Of a stretch of 44,380 nt of DNA, positions 1-8,792 are shown in pieces. The DNA lies in IMG/VR virus record IMGVR_UViG_3300044983_000113, positions 1 to 44,380 of that record; one strand, given 5' to 3'. Position numbers and translations under genes: made by a program. Under the pieces are notes generated by a model. The model saw nothing but the letters and a program-made list of their open reading frames with translations, was not told the origin of the DNA and searched no databases. Positions within the stretch are counted from its first letter, which is position 1. Every line of letters starts with the position of its first letter. Origin of the DNA: a virus. Taxonomy: Duplodnaviria > Caudoviricetes.

Positions 1-135
1 ATCGCGCAAGGCTGATGTGCAAATCGCTGACATGTCCGCAAAAGAAACGCATAGATTGCGTGATGTCTACGTGAGGCAGGCGTCAAATCGTATTTAACGC
101 TCGGATGGGCAAAACCACACTGATCGCAAACTATT
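1..135. repeat. Terminal direct repeat, left copy (probably circular assembly overlap)
   Basis: 1-135 equals 44246-44380 except position 9 (A) vs 44254 (T). Confidence 0.95.
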
Positions 136-279
136 CCCACGCTCCAGCCGACGTCCGCTCGAGCGGGTTCACGTTCGCTTAACCCTGTTTTGAGAGAAGT
201 CGTTTCAGCCATCGTGGCCCTCACGGGGGTTGCGGTGGTCAGGCTCGGCGCGCTGTTCGTACCGGCGCGTCGGGCCGCT

Positions 280-357
280 TCAGCACAACTTTACCACAAA
301 ACAGAACGCAAATCCGATCGCGACGATGCACGCGATCCACGCCAGTGCGCGGCCCAT
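280..357 (-). CDS. 25-aa hydrophobic peptide
   Basis: MGRALAWIACIVAIGFAFCFVVKLC; ATG 2 nt after the stop of the upstream gene. Confidence 0.4.
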   Translation of the reverse strand: MGRALAWIACIVAIGFAFCFVVKLC

Positions 358-359
358 AC

Positions 360-524
360 TCAGAGGCGGCCGAGCAGCACCAAGATCAGGATGATGACCA
401 GCACTACGCCAAGGATGCCGCCAACGCCGTAACCTTGGCCATAGAACGGCCCGCCACCCAATCCGCTGAAGCCGCCGAGCAGGAGAATGACGAGGATGAT
501 GAGGACGATTGTTCCGACCGACAT
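360..524 (-). CDS. DUF3309-like small membrane protein (54 aa)
   Basis: Hand translation MSVGTIVLIILVILLLGGFSGLGGGPFYGQGYGVGGILGVVLVIILILVLLGRL; two TM segments with a Gly-rich loop; too short for the ORF track. Confidence 0.8.
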   Translation of the reverse strand: MSVGTIVLIILVILLLGGFSGLGGGPFYGQGYGVGGILGVVLVIILILVLLGRL

Positions 525-533
525 GGCATCCCC

Positions 534-683
534 CTATCGCACCAAATGCCCGAATAGCAGGCTGGCGAAATAGAACGCCATCGCAGCCCAACCGAGATGC
601 ACGCGGCCGAACACCGGACCGGGCAGGAACGCCGCCAAGCACGCGAGCACGAATGCGAAGACGATCAGGATGGTTCCGAGCAT
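534..683 (-). CDS. 49-aa two-TM membrane protein (holin-like candidate)
   Basis: Hand translation MLGTILIVFAFVLACLAAFLPGPVFGRVHLGWAAMAFYFASLLFGHLVR; AGGAGAG RBS. Confidence 0.7.
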   Translation of the reverse strand: MLGTILIVFAFVLACLAAFLPGPVFGRVHLGWAAMAFYFASLLFGHLVR

Positions 684-742
684 GGCACTCTCCTATGTGC
701 GAGTCCGGGCCAGAGCGACGCCCCGACCCGGTAGCGACGCGG

Positions 743-1078
743 TTACGCGGCCGGCGTGTTCTCGACAACGGCCGCAGCCGCAGCCGCCGTGTTGGCATCG
801 ATCTTCGCGATGACGGCATCAATCGCCGCCGGGTCGCCGGTGGCCTTCGCGTCCTTGAGCTGCTGCGAGATGCCCTTGAGCAGCGTGACCACCGAGGCTT
901 CCGCATCGGTGTTGCGCGCGACCGCCTTGTTGAGGTCTTCCATGCTAGCCATGATCTTCTCCAGTAGCTTGATGATGATTCCCATTTGCTTTTGCGCGAC
1001 GATCGCCCAAGGCGGAATCTCGCTCCCGTGGCGTCGTTTGACATGTTTAGGCACGGTTCGCTCCGTTCGATCCGGCAC
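743..1078 (-). CDS. Ala-rich helical phage protein
   Basis: 111-aa ORF in the late operon; start uncertain. Confidence 0.7.
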   Translation of the reverse strand: MPDRTERTVPKHVKRRHGSEIPPWAIVAQKQMGIIIKLLEKIMASMEDLNKAVARNTDAEASVVTLLKGISQQLKDAKATGDPAAIDAVIAKIDANTAAAAAAVVENTPAA

Positions 1079-1253
1079 GGCGGATCAGCGTGAACTCGAC
1101 GCTCCACTCGTCACCTTCCTCAAACGTTTCAGGAAGCGTTTCGGGCAAGGCGTTGATGTAGATTTCTTCCGGCTGCGCTCCGACGTTGCGCGACAGGTGA
1201 ATTCGGCGGATGCCGTTGTTCGGCACGGATGAGCGAACAATGAAAGTGAGCAT
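1047..1253 (-). CDS. hypothetical protein
   Basis: MLTFIVRSS..., starts just after the upstream stop. Confidence 0.55.
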   Translation of the reverse strand: MLTFIVRSSVPNNGIRRIHLSRNVGAQPEEIYINALPETLPETFEEGDEWSVEFTLIRRAGSNGANRA

Positions 1254-1255
1254 CC

Positions 1256-2008
1256 CTACTTTATCATCCTCATCACCACGGCAATGAACGCGCCGAGACC
1301 GAACAGCAGGCCGAGGCCGCCGACGATCAGCGCCCACAGAGCCGCCTGACCGGCAGAGCGGCCGGCGCCAACGTCGCCAGATGACGTAAGCCTTGCGACC
1401 GTGGCATCCAGTTTTGCGAGGGTGATCGCCGTGGACGGGTCCGAAATGCTTGTCTTGCTTTCGATGATGGTCAGGCGATCCTTCATATCGGCGATCTTGT
1501 CTTCGATGCCTTTGAAGTTGGTCTTGTTCGTCTCGCCGAGCATTTTCAGTTGTTCTGAGACGCCTGCCTCGCTCTTGGTGATCGCAAGGGTGTTGGATTT
1601 GTTCTGCTCCCCGACGGCTTCCTTCGCGGCGGCAAACGCGGCATCGACTGCACTCTTGACATCCTTGGATGCTCTCTCGATCTGAGTATCGCGCTCCACC
1701 AATTGCGTTTTGATGCCATCGAACCTCACCATCGTGACTTCGCGCAGCGCGGTCACCTCGTGCTGCACGTCCATCGTCGTCGGCGTCCGATCGGCGAACG
1801 CCTGCAGCAACTGCAGCGCCTTATCCATCCCGTTGAGCCGGGTTTCGAGCAGCTCGCGCAGCCAGAAGTTCTCGCGGAGAACCTGTTGCGAGGAACGCTG
1901 CGTCGGATCCAAACCAATAGGAGGGATGCCGGTCGCGATGCGAAGCGCCCCATCGTCAGGATCGCTGAACGATGCGCCCGCGCTGTCGCGTGTCCGGCGC
2001 TGCGTCAT
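1256..2008 (-). CDS. coiled-coil protein with C-terminal TM anchor
   Basis: 250 aa, amphipathic helices, ends ALWALIVGGLGLLFGLGAFIAVVMRMIK. Confidence 0.8.
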   Translation of the reverse strand: MTQRRTRDSAGASFSDPDDGALRIATGIPPIGLDPTQRSSQQVLRENFWLRELLETRLNGMDKALQLLQAFADRTPTTMDVQHEVTALREVTMVRFDGIKTQLVERDTQIERASKDVKSAVDAAFAAAKEAVGEQNKSNTLAITKSEAGVSEQLKMLGETNKTNFKGIEDKIADMKDRLTIIESKTSISDPSTAITLAKLDATVARLTSSGDVGAGRSAGQAALWALIVGGLGLLFGLGAFIAVVMRMIK

Positions 2009-2299
2009 CTAGTGATCTTCCGCGGCCTTGGCCTCGGGCGTGCCGTGGATGATCTTCGGATCGACCAGCTTCTCGGCCGGTGTGTTCTTCACGATCGCCC
2101 CGGCAATGGCCTCGGCGCCCTTGTTCGCCTCGGCCAGCGTTGCCTGCGCCCCCACGACATCGCCCTTCTTGAGTTTGTCGATCGCCGCGCCCGTCACGCC
2201 CTTGACGATGCCTACGATGCCGTCCTGAAGATCCTTTTTGAGCGATGTTTCCTTCACGAGGCCGAGCAGCTGTTCGCTGAGAAACCTGAACCACGCCAT
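2009..2299 (-). CDS. hypothetical protein
   Basis: 96 aa, AGGAGAAGG RBS, abuts the next gene. Confidence 0.75.
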   Translation of the reverse strand: MAWFRFLSEQLLGLVKETSLKKDLQDGIVGIVKGVTGAAIDKLKKGDVVGAQATLAEANKGAEAIAGAIVKNTPAEKLVDPKIIHGTPEAKAAEDH

Positions 2300-2362
2300 T
2301 GCCTTCTCCTATGTTGCGGTATCGCCGCGGTTCCTGCCGATTGGGCACAAAGGGGTGGGCGC

Positions 2363-2372
2363 GCAACGCACC
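2363..2372 (-). promoter_or_regulatory. late promoter motif GGTGCGTTGC, copy 1
   Basis: Exact 10-mer upstream of the membrane-protein cluster. Confidence 0.7.
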
Positions 2373-2444
2373 CCCCGGCGGGGGCGGGGGGGCTTTCGGG
2401 AGGTTGCAGGAAGGGATAGCCTTAGATCAAACCTGTGAGGCGTG

Positions 2445-2558
2445 ATGGCTACGCGCGACGATCTTCCGTGGTGGTTCGTCGGCTTCACCGTCGTGTTTAC
2501 GGTGGTTGTCCTGTCCGCGGTCTTTTGGTTCGATCTATGGAGGTGCAAATGCCCGTAG
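2445..2558 (+). CDS. 37-aa single-TM peptide (moron-like)
   Basis: Hand translation MATRDDLPWWFVGFTVVFTVVVLSAVFWFDLWRCKCP; GAGG RBS. Confidence 0.55.
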   Translation: MATRDDLPWWFVGFTVVFTVVVLSAVFWFDLWRCKCP

Positions 2559-2668
2559 CCGAGCAGCCGAAGCCTGATCCGAAAGAACCGAAACCGGAGC
2601 CGGAAAAGAAGCCGCACCCCTACGGTGAGGACACCCTGGGCAGGCGCACCTTTGACGGGCGCAGCTAG
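2549..2668 (+). CDS. 39-aa Pro/Lys/Glu-rich peptide
   Basis: MPVAEQPKPDPKEPKPEPEKKPHPY...; GGAGGT RBS. Confidence 0.5.
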   Translation: MPVAEQPKPDPKEPKPEPEKKPHPYGEDTLGRRTFDGRS

Positions 2669-5265
2669 GGCGCCCGTATCGCCCACATGCCGCCGTAGAC
2701 ATCCATAGTGCTCACGCCAAATCCGGCTTGAACGACGCAAAAGTGGTTGGTCGAGCCGGCCAGGCTCGTGTAGTAGGCACCCATCGGCATACCGATATTC
2801 AGCAGCGTGGAGTTGGCGACGCCGGCGGTTGCCTGGATTTGGCTCGCATACTGGCCGACACCAGTCTGGATCGTCACCGTTGCGGTGCTGATCGACGAAG
2901 CGATATACGAAACGGTGGTAGTGGTTTGGGTTTTGAAGACCGGATTGCACCAGACCATCCAGTTCCCGGCGGTCAGGGTCATCGAGCAGAGGTCTTTTGG
3001 AGTGTTGTTCACCAGGTTGAGTGGTGAACCGGAAGTAACTGGCGTGCATTGGATTTTCTGTCCGACATCGCCGGCCGCGACCGCGAAGTTGGTCGACGAG
3101 CCCTGAATCGGTACGCCAGTCGTTCCACTGAGTGCGGCTATGCCGAGTCCAGCGCCCATTTTAGTGGCGCGGGCGAGATAAATGTTTCCGGTTCCCACAT
3201 CGTTGAGAGCCAGAATGCCGGCACCCTTGGCATTAATCGACATAGGTTCGTCGGTGCCGGTCGACTGCGTGGAGAAATTCACGCCGTTACCAGCAGCTTG
3301 CGTTGTGATCCTGACCCCGGTCACGCTGGATGCCGCGTTCGAATCCACCTGCAGCGCAGGATTTGTCGCGCCTTGCCTGCCCACCGTCAGGGCGGTTGCA
3401 CTCTGCGCCGTGTTCGTTTGCGTCCCGGCGATGGTCGTGTTGCGGAAAAGATTGATGTTGCCGGTAGAGACGTCAGCGATATTGAGCCCCTGCGAGCCCT
3501 TGGCGTTGAGCGAAAGACCTTCATTCGCGTTGGACGAGATTGCCGCAATGTTCACGCCACCACCAGCGGCAGCGCCGGCAGTTATCTTGACGCCGGTGGC
3601 AGCGTTGGCGGCGGAGGAGTCAACTTGCAAGCTCGGATTGGTGCCGCCATTCGGCCCAACCGCAAGAGCCGAACTGTTATTCGATGTGATATGATGGCGA
3701 CCGTGGTTGTAGAGTCCAGTCGTGGCCGACGTCAGATTCGCCGTGCCGAGGAAGCCGGGACCAAAATTATTCGTGCTCAAACGAACGTTGGCAATACCCG
3801 CTCCGGTTTCGGAGTACGAGTAATCGTGCGTTCCGCCGACGGTCCCACCCGATGTCCACGCACTGTTGAACACCGAGCCGATAAGCTCGATATGCGTCGC
3901 GTCGATGATCTTGCACTGCCGCCAGCCGAGGTTTGCGTTCGTCGTTCCACCGACGCCCTCTACACGGCACGGAACGATCTCGTTAACAGTTCCCGGCCCC
4001 TGACCAATGGTCGCTGTGGAGGCGACGGTAAGGCGAATGACGCCTGCTGAGTTGACAGTGCCAAGCACTGCCATCGGGGCGCCGAAGGAGTTGAAGACGC
4101 GATTTCCCGACCAAATCGTGTCGCTGCCGTCGTCCACGTCCTTCCGCGTATTCGTTCCGTTGCAGCCCCCGAGCGTCAAGGTCGCCGTGTAGCGCATACA
4201 GTTGTCATAGACGACGTTGTCCGCAATGACGGCCGCGCCGCCATGAATGCCCTCGCCATCCATGTCCCAGACGCGATTGCCAACCACGATGCCGCGGCGG
4301 TCGAAGATCTCGATGCCGACCATGATCGTTCCGGTGTCGTCGACGCCAACACCGCTCGAGACCTCGTTGAATGCAATGGTGTTGCCCACACACTCGTAAT
4401 CGCAGGCCGGAGGCACGAGCGTGCTCGTGCCAATGCCGCCTCCGAATCGCATGTTCTTGATCTTGTTGTTCGTGATGATCAGACGCTGGCCGACTGCGTT
4501 GATCCCGGAGCCGTCAAGGATATTGCCATCGATAATCGCACTCAACGGAGCGTTTGTAGCCGTGGCGAGAATGCTCTGCGTCTGGTGTCCCGAACCATAC
4601 GGAGAGTTCATCTTGACGATGTTGTTGCGAATACGGACTTCCTGTCCGCCATTGATGCCAATGCCAATGTTCCCTTGATTAACGATCTTAACGTTCTCGA
4701 TCAAAATACTTGTGTTGAAAGTGGAAATTGCAACGTTGTTGAGATTACCGTCCACGAACGAGTTGATCATGTCGATCGTCACGTCCGCGACGCAAACGTT
4801 CGTCTTGCTGATCGCAAAGATCATCTCGGTGTTGTTAGTCGCGGAGGTTCCGCGCAGCGTGAAGTTGCCCTTGATGCAGGTGTTATTCTGCAGCACAATG
4901 CTCGTACCGGACTGGATGATGCAGACGTGGCCGTCCTCTGCCGTCACGACGCCGCCGCCGGCCGCGTTAGCAGCCACGATCGCAGCGTTGAAAGCCGCGG
5001 TGTCGCTCGCCGAGCCGTTGCACGTCGCGTTGTAGGGGGCCGCCATCGCGTTGATGACCGTCCCTCCTACGTGGAGTCTATCGACGAGCGAAGCGAAGGG
5101 AATCGGCTGCACGACGCCGGGGGTGGGAGAGAGCCGTCCGAGAACGGTCTGCCCGGGCGCGTTCTGCATGAATGCCGGCAGGCCGGTGTTCTGGGCCTGC
5201 GCGAAAGTGACCGCGCCCAGCAGGATGCAGAGCGCGGCCAAGGCGGTACGGGGGGCATTTTTCAT
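2665..5265 (-). CDS. tailspike/depolymerase-like right-handed beta-helix protein with predicted signal peptide
   Basis: Pectate-lyase-like start (ATCNGSASDTAAFNAAI...GGGVV), Asn/Ile ladders, N-terminus MKNAPRTALAALCILLGAVTFAQA. Confidence 0.8.
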   Translation of the reverse strand: MKNAPRTALAALCILLGAVTFAQAQNTGLPAFMQNAPGQTVLGRLSPTPGVVQPIPFASLVDRLHVGGTVINAMAAPYNATCNGSASDTAAFNAAIVAANAAGGGVVTAEDGHVCIIQSGTSIVLQNNTCIKGNFTLRGTSATNNTEMIFAISKTNVCVADVTIDMINSFVDGNLNNVAISTFNTSILIENVKIVNQGNIGIGINGGQEVRIRNNIVKMNSPYGSGHQTQSILATATNAPLSAIIDGNILDGSGINAVGQRLIITNNKIKNMRFGGGIGTSTLVPPACDYECVGNTIAFNEVSSGVGVDDTGTIMVGIEIFDRRGIVVGNRVWDMDGEGIHGGAAVIADNVVYDNCMRYTATLTLGGCNGTNTRKDVDDGSDTIWSGNRVFNSFGAPMAVLGTVNSAGVIRLTVASTATIGQGPGTVNEIVPCRVEGVGGTTNANLGWRQCKIIDATHIELIGSVFNSAWTSGGTVGGTHDYSYSETGAGIANVRLSTNNFGPGFLGTANLTSATTGLYNHGRHHITSNNSSALAVGPNGGTNPSLQVDSSAANAATGVKITAGAAAGGGVNIAAISSNANEGLSLNAKGSQGLNIADVSTGNINLFRNTTIAGTQTNTAQSATALTVGRQGATNPALQVDSNAASSVTGVRITTQAAGNGVNFSTQSTGTDEPMSINAKGAGILALNDVGTGNIYLARATKMGAGLGIAALSGTTGVPIQGSSTNFAVAAGDVGQKIQCTPVTSGSPLNLVNNTPKDLCSMTLTAGNWMVWCNPVFKTQTTTTVSYIASSISTATVTIQTGVGQYASQIQATAGVANSTLLNIGMPMGAYYTSLAGSTNHFCVVQAGFGVSTMDVYGGMWAIRAP

Positions 5266-5300
5266 GACGGGCGGGACGGTGCGGGCGGGCCCCATGCGCC

Positions 5301-5310
5301 GCAACGCACC
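5301..5310 (-). promoter_or_regulatory. late promoter motif, copy 2
   Basis: GGTGCGTTGCGG-17nt-CACCGT, then 10 nt to the spike ATG. Confidence 0.75.
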
Positions 5311-5312
5311 CG

Positions 5313-8300
5313 CTATTGCCTGGCGCGCTCCATCCGCTCGCGCTGTTCCGGCGTGGCGTACTGGTAGAAATCCCGCAGCGTCCGACCGCCCAGCCGGGTC
5401 TCGGGGAATAGGCTGGTGCGGATGTAGAACCGCTGCAGCCCGGGCGGGACGCCGAGCTGGGTCATACGCTCCTGCGCGCCGGCGATGTCGCCGCGCACGA
5501 CCTGCTTGCGGATGTCGGGCAGATCGCGGTCGACCTGAAACTGGTGCATCTCGCGCGCGCGGTAGAGCTCGCCGACGGCCGGTCCGCCCGGCGCCCCCTT
5601 GGAGAAGGTCACGCCGGCGATCGGGCCGAATGCCTGCGCGGCGGCCACGTTGGCGTCGCCCTCGCCCTTCACGAGATCGGATGCGGCGGTGATCTGCCCC
5701 TCGGGGAATTGCGAGCCGGCCAGGTGCCCGGCGATGCGGCCGAGATTGAGCATGTATTTCGCGGGCGTGTCGGCGTTCGGGTCATAGACCTTGCGGCCGA
5801 ATCCGCGGTCGTTGGCGAGGATCTGCCAGCCGGGCCGGGCGATCGTGCCGAGCTTGCGCCGCATCATGTCGAGCGGCCCGCTCATGTAGCCGACGAATTC
5901 CTCGCCGATCTTGCCGACCGGGTTGCGCATGTAGATCGCGGTGCCGTCCTTCGACGTGCCGATGCGGACGCGCTCAGCCTTGCCGGGCTCGTTCTCGGAG
6001 GTCACGGACAGCCGCTCCATGAAGTCGAACGGCTGCAACAGCGCCAGCGGATGCTCCTTCACGTGCTCGAGCGCCGCAGCCATCCGGTCGGCATAGCCCT
6101 TCATCTCCTCCGGCACCGTCCGGTCGGTGCGGATCACGTTGATGGTGCTCTGCAGCAAGGAATTGCCGATGTACATCAGGCCGACGTCCAGCGCGACGAC
6201 GGCCATCGCCTTGCGGCGTGCGAGGGTTTTGGCATACGCCACTCCCTCGGCGGCCGCGGCGCCCGGCTCGGCGGCCTCGATCGATCCCCTGCCAAATCCG
6301 GCGTCACGCTCGATCTGCGCGATCACGTCCTTCGGCAGCCCGGTGAGCATGTCCTTCATCACGCCCAGGTTGCCCATGGTGAACGAGCGCGAGAACAGCA
6401 GCATGTTGGCGACCTTACGCGCGGCGTCGCTCATGGCCTCCTGCGGCAGCGCGCCGGCGTAGCGGTTGGCCCAATGCGCGGACACGCGCGCCGCAGTCTG
6501 GCGGTCGATCCCGCGCGCGACCATGTCGTCGCGGAAGTTCGCATAGAGCCCGGCCTGCAGGTCGGCGACGCGGTCCCACAGCAGGGTGTTGTGCCAGAAG
6601 TCGCCGGCCTTATCGATCGCGCGCCGCACCGCCACGCCGGCGCCCTCGTCGAACAGCCCCGGCACGGCGCCGAGCACCTTTGCGGTCCACGAGCGGCCGG
6701 GTGCGAGATCCGGCGCCTCCATGATCGACGTGATGTCCTGATTGAAGAAGCGCTTGCCGATCGGGACGAGGCCGGCGTCGATCGCCTCGCGCATCTGCAC
6801 CACGTCGTTCTTGACGCGGTTGCCCTCGAAATAGACCTTGAACGTGAGCACCTTGCCCGGCATCGCCGGCATGGCGCGGCCCCACTCCACCGCGTTGTGG
6901 ATCATCGGCGAATTCATGATCAGGCTCATGGTCTTCGCCTTGAGCGACATCATCGCGCCGTAGAGCGGGCCGGACCGCTGGGTCAGCACCGCCCGCAACG
7001 GCCCCTCGAAATCGCCGTGCACGTAGATCGGGACCTGCTCGAATACGGTATTGCCTTCGGCGTCCTTCACCACCTCGACGCCGCCGCCCTCCTTCTCCTT
7101 GAACTTCGGCCGCCAGGTGCGGAAGGCCGGATGATCGAGGGTGAACCATGTGCCCTCGGCGTTGGCCGGGATTCCGCCCTCGACCACGGTTTCGGTGCCG
7201 GTGCGCTTGCCGTAGTCCTTGACATTGTTGATCAGCGTGCGGCCGGCGATGGCGTCCTCGAGCTGCGCGGTCGCGAGCGGCAGGGCGCGGATGTCGCGCG
7301 CGATCCGCACGTCATCAACAAGCGCGTTGATCTCGTCGAGACTCTTGAGTTGTTCGGCGGCGCGCTGGCCGACCAGCCGTTTTGCCGCCGCCTCGGTCTC
7401 CTCGGCTGTCAGGTACATGCGCCGGTTCATCTGTCCGGTGCGCGTGCGCAGGTTGAGGCCGATGCCATTGAGCGGGATCGGGCCGCCGCGGTCGCTGCCG
7501 ACCGCAACGTTCATCAGCATGCGCGGCGTGTAGGCCGGCAGGCCCTCGCCCTCGACCATGCCGAGATCCACCGCGCGTAGCCACGCGTTCTGCGCGCGTG
7601 CCTGCAACTGCTCGACGGCGGCGCGCTCGGCGGGGTCCAGCGTGACAAGGCCCTGATGCTCGCGGCTCTCGCCGAGTTGCCGCGCGACGCTTTCCTCGTC
7701 CGCCGCGTTCCACATGCGCGCGCGCGCCTCGGGTGTGAACGTCTTCGCGATCTGGTCGTCGATGCGCGACCACTCCCAGCGGTTTCGCCGCATCGTGTTG
7801 GCGAAGTCCTTGGCAATCGCCATGCTGTCGGTCGTGCCGCGCGCCATCGGGGCGAGCAGCATCTGCGTATCGCGGCCGATGTCGAGCAGGGTCTGCCCGG
7901 CATCGTGCACGGCGGTCATCAGCCGGCCGGGCGGCTGCGCGGGTGTCGCGGGCGCGGCGTCGACCGGCGGTTCGCTCGCCGCCGCGCTGAGGTTGCCCGG
8001 CCTGCCGCCGGTCTCGGTCAGCACTTCCTCCTCGGCCGCGGCGAGCTCGTATGGCCTCGGCTCGGTCGTGACATCGTGCCTCACGAACGCATCGGTCTGC
8101 GCGTCGTGCACCGCCTCGGCCGGGTGAATGCCGTCCTCCCGCCACGCGCGGCGCAGGTTGGCTTCTGTCGCCTCGCCGCCGAGCAATTCCGCGCCAGTCC
8201 TGAAATCCTCCTCTCTCGGCATCGTGCCGATCCGTTGTTCCTGCATCACGCCGTCGCGCATCACTGGGCGCGAGAAATGCGCACCGCCAGTGCTGCTTGG

Positions 8301-8792
8301 CCGCAGCGCCATCAGCGCCATCCCTGCAGCATCTCGTGCCTCGTCCAGCGGCATGCCGGTGAGTTTCGAGTATGGCTGCGCGATCGTTTCCGTGAGCGCG
8401 CCACCGAACGGCGCCAACGGCAGCATCGCAACGTCGAACAGGCCCTTGCCGACTCCGATGAACGTACCCGGGCCAGTCCATGCGCCACTCTCGCGACCGG
8501 CCTGATAGGCTTCCGAGAACGGATTCAGCCGCTCGTTGATCGAAGTAAGCTGTTCCAGAGTAGTATCGACCGCGTGCTTTCCGGCTTCCTTGCCGAGATC
8601 AAACGGGTAGCCAAGGATGTTGCGCAACACGAGCGCGCCGCTCGCGATGCGGTCGACGAACGCTCGCGGCGGACGATCATCCAGCGCGTCGAAGCCTTCG
8701 GCAACGCGGCCACCGCCAATGCCCATCTCCGCGTCGGAAAACTCGCGCTTCGGCGCTCCTATCCCCATTTCCTCGTCGGTGAATTCGGGCAT
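5313..8792 (-). CDS. large internal virion/ejection protein (T7 gp16 position)
   Basis: ~1159 aa, helical; third of three genes after tail tubular B; TGATG coupling at 8790-8794. Confidence 0.75.
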   Translation of the reverse strand: MPEFTDEEMGIGAPKREFSDAEMGIGGGRVAEGFDALDDRPPRAFVDRIASGALVLRNILGYPFDLGKEAGKHAVDTTLEQLTSINERLNPFSEAYQAGRESGAWTGPGTFIGVGKGLFDVAMLPLAPFGGALTETIAQPYSKLTGMPLDEARDAAGMALMALRPSSTGGAHFSRPVMRDGVMQEQRIGTMPREEDFRTGAELLGGEATEANLRRAWREDGIHPAEAVHDAQTDAFVRHDVTTEPRPYELAAAEEEVLTETGGRPGNLSAAASEPPVDAAPATPAQPPGRLMTAVHDAGQTLLDIGRDTQMLLAPMARGTTDSMAIAKDFANTMRRNRWEWSRIDDQIAKTFTPEARARMWNAADEESVARQLGESREHQGLVTLDPAERAAVEQLQARAQNAWLRAVDLGMVEGEGLPAYTPRMLMNVAVGSDRGGPIPLNGIGLNLRTRTGQMNRRMYLTAEETEAAAKRLVGQRAAEQLKSLDEINALVDDVRIARDIRALPLATAQLEDAIAGRTLINNVKDYGKRTGTETVVEGGIPANAEGTWFTLDHPAFRTWRPKFKEKEGGGVEVVKDAEGNTVFEQVPIYVHGDFEGPLRAVLTQRSGPLYGAMMSLKAKTMSLIMNSPMIHNAVEWGRAMPAMPGKVLTFKVYFEGNRVKNDVVQMREAIDAGLVPIGKRFFNQDITSIMEAPDLAPGRSWTAKVLGAVPGLFDEGAGVAVRRAIDKAGDFWHNTLLWDRVADLQAGLYANFRDDMVARGIDRQTAARVSAHWANRYAGALPQEAMSDAARKVANMLLFSRSFTMGNLGVMKDMLTGLPKDVIAQIERDAGFGRGSIEAAEPGAAAAEGVAYAKTLARRKAMAVVALDVGLMYIGNSLLQSTINVIRTDRTVPEEMKGYADRMAAALEHVKEHPLALLQPFDFMERLSVTSENEPGKAERVRIGTSKDGTAIYMRNPVGKIGEEFVGYMSGPLDMMRRKLGTIARPGWQILANDRGFGRKVYDPNADTPAKYMLNLGRIAGHLAGSQFPEGQITAASDLVKGEGDANVAAAQAFGPIAGVTFSKGAPGGPAVGELYRAREMHQFQVDRDLPDIRKQVVRGDIAGAQERMTQLGVPPGLQRFYIRTSLFPETRLGGRTLRDFYQYATPEQRERMERARQ

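Noticed and set aside
1-135. Biological direct terminal repeat
   Set aside because: The exact match is 126 bp (10-135), compatible with an assembler k-mer overlap, and it is far from the terminase. It is treated as circularisation evidence; the mismatch at position 9 may be an error or variant.
705-731. Intrinsic terminator after 743-1078
   Set aside because: A G-U-rich hairpin is present but has no U tract, and co-oriented genes follow.
2665-5265. Diversity-generating retroelement, given the BPP-1-like layout
   Set aside because: No reverse transcriptase and no adenine-specific TR/VR pair were seen.
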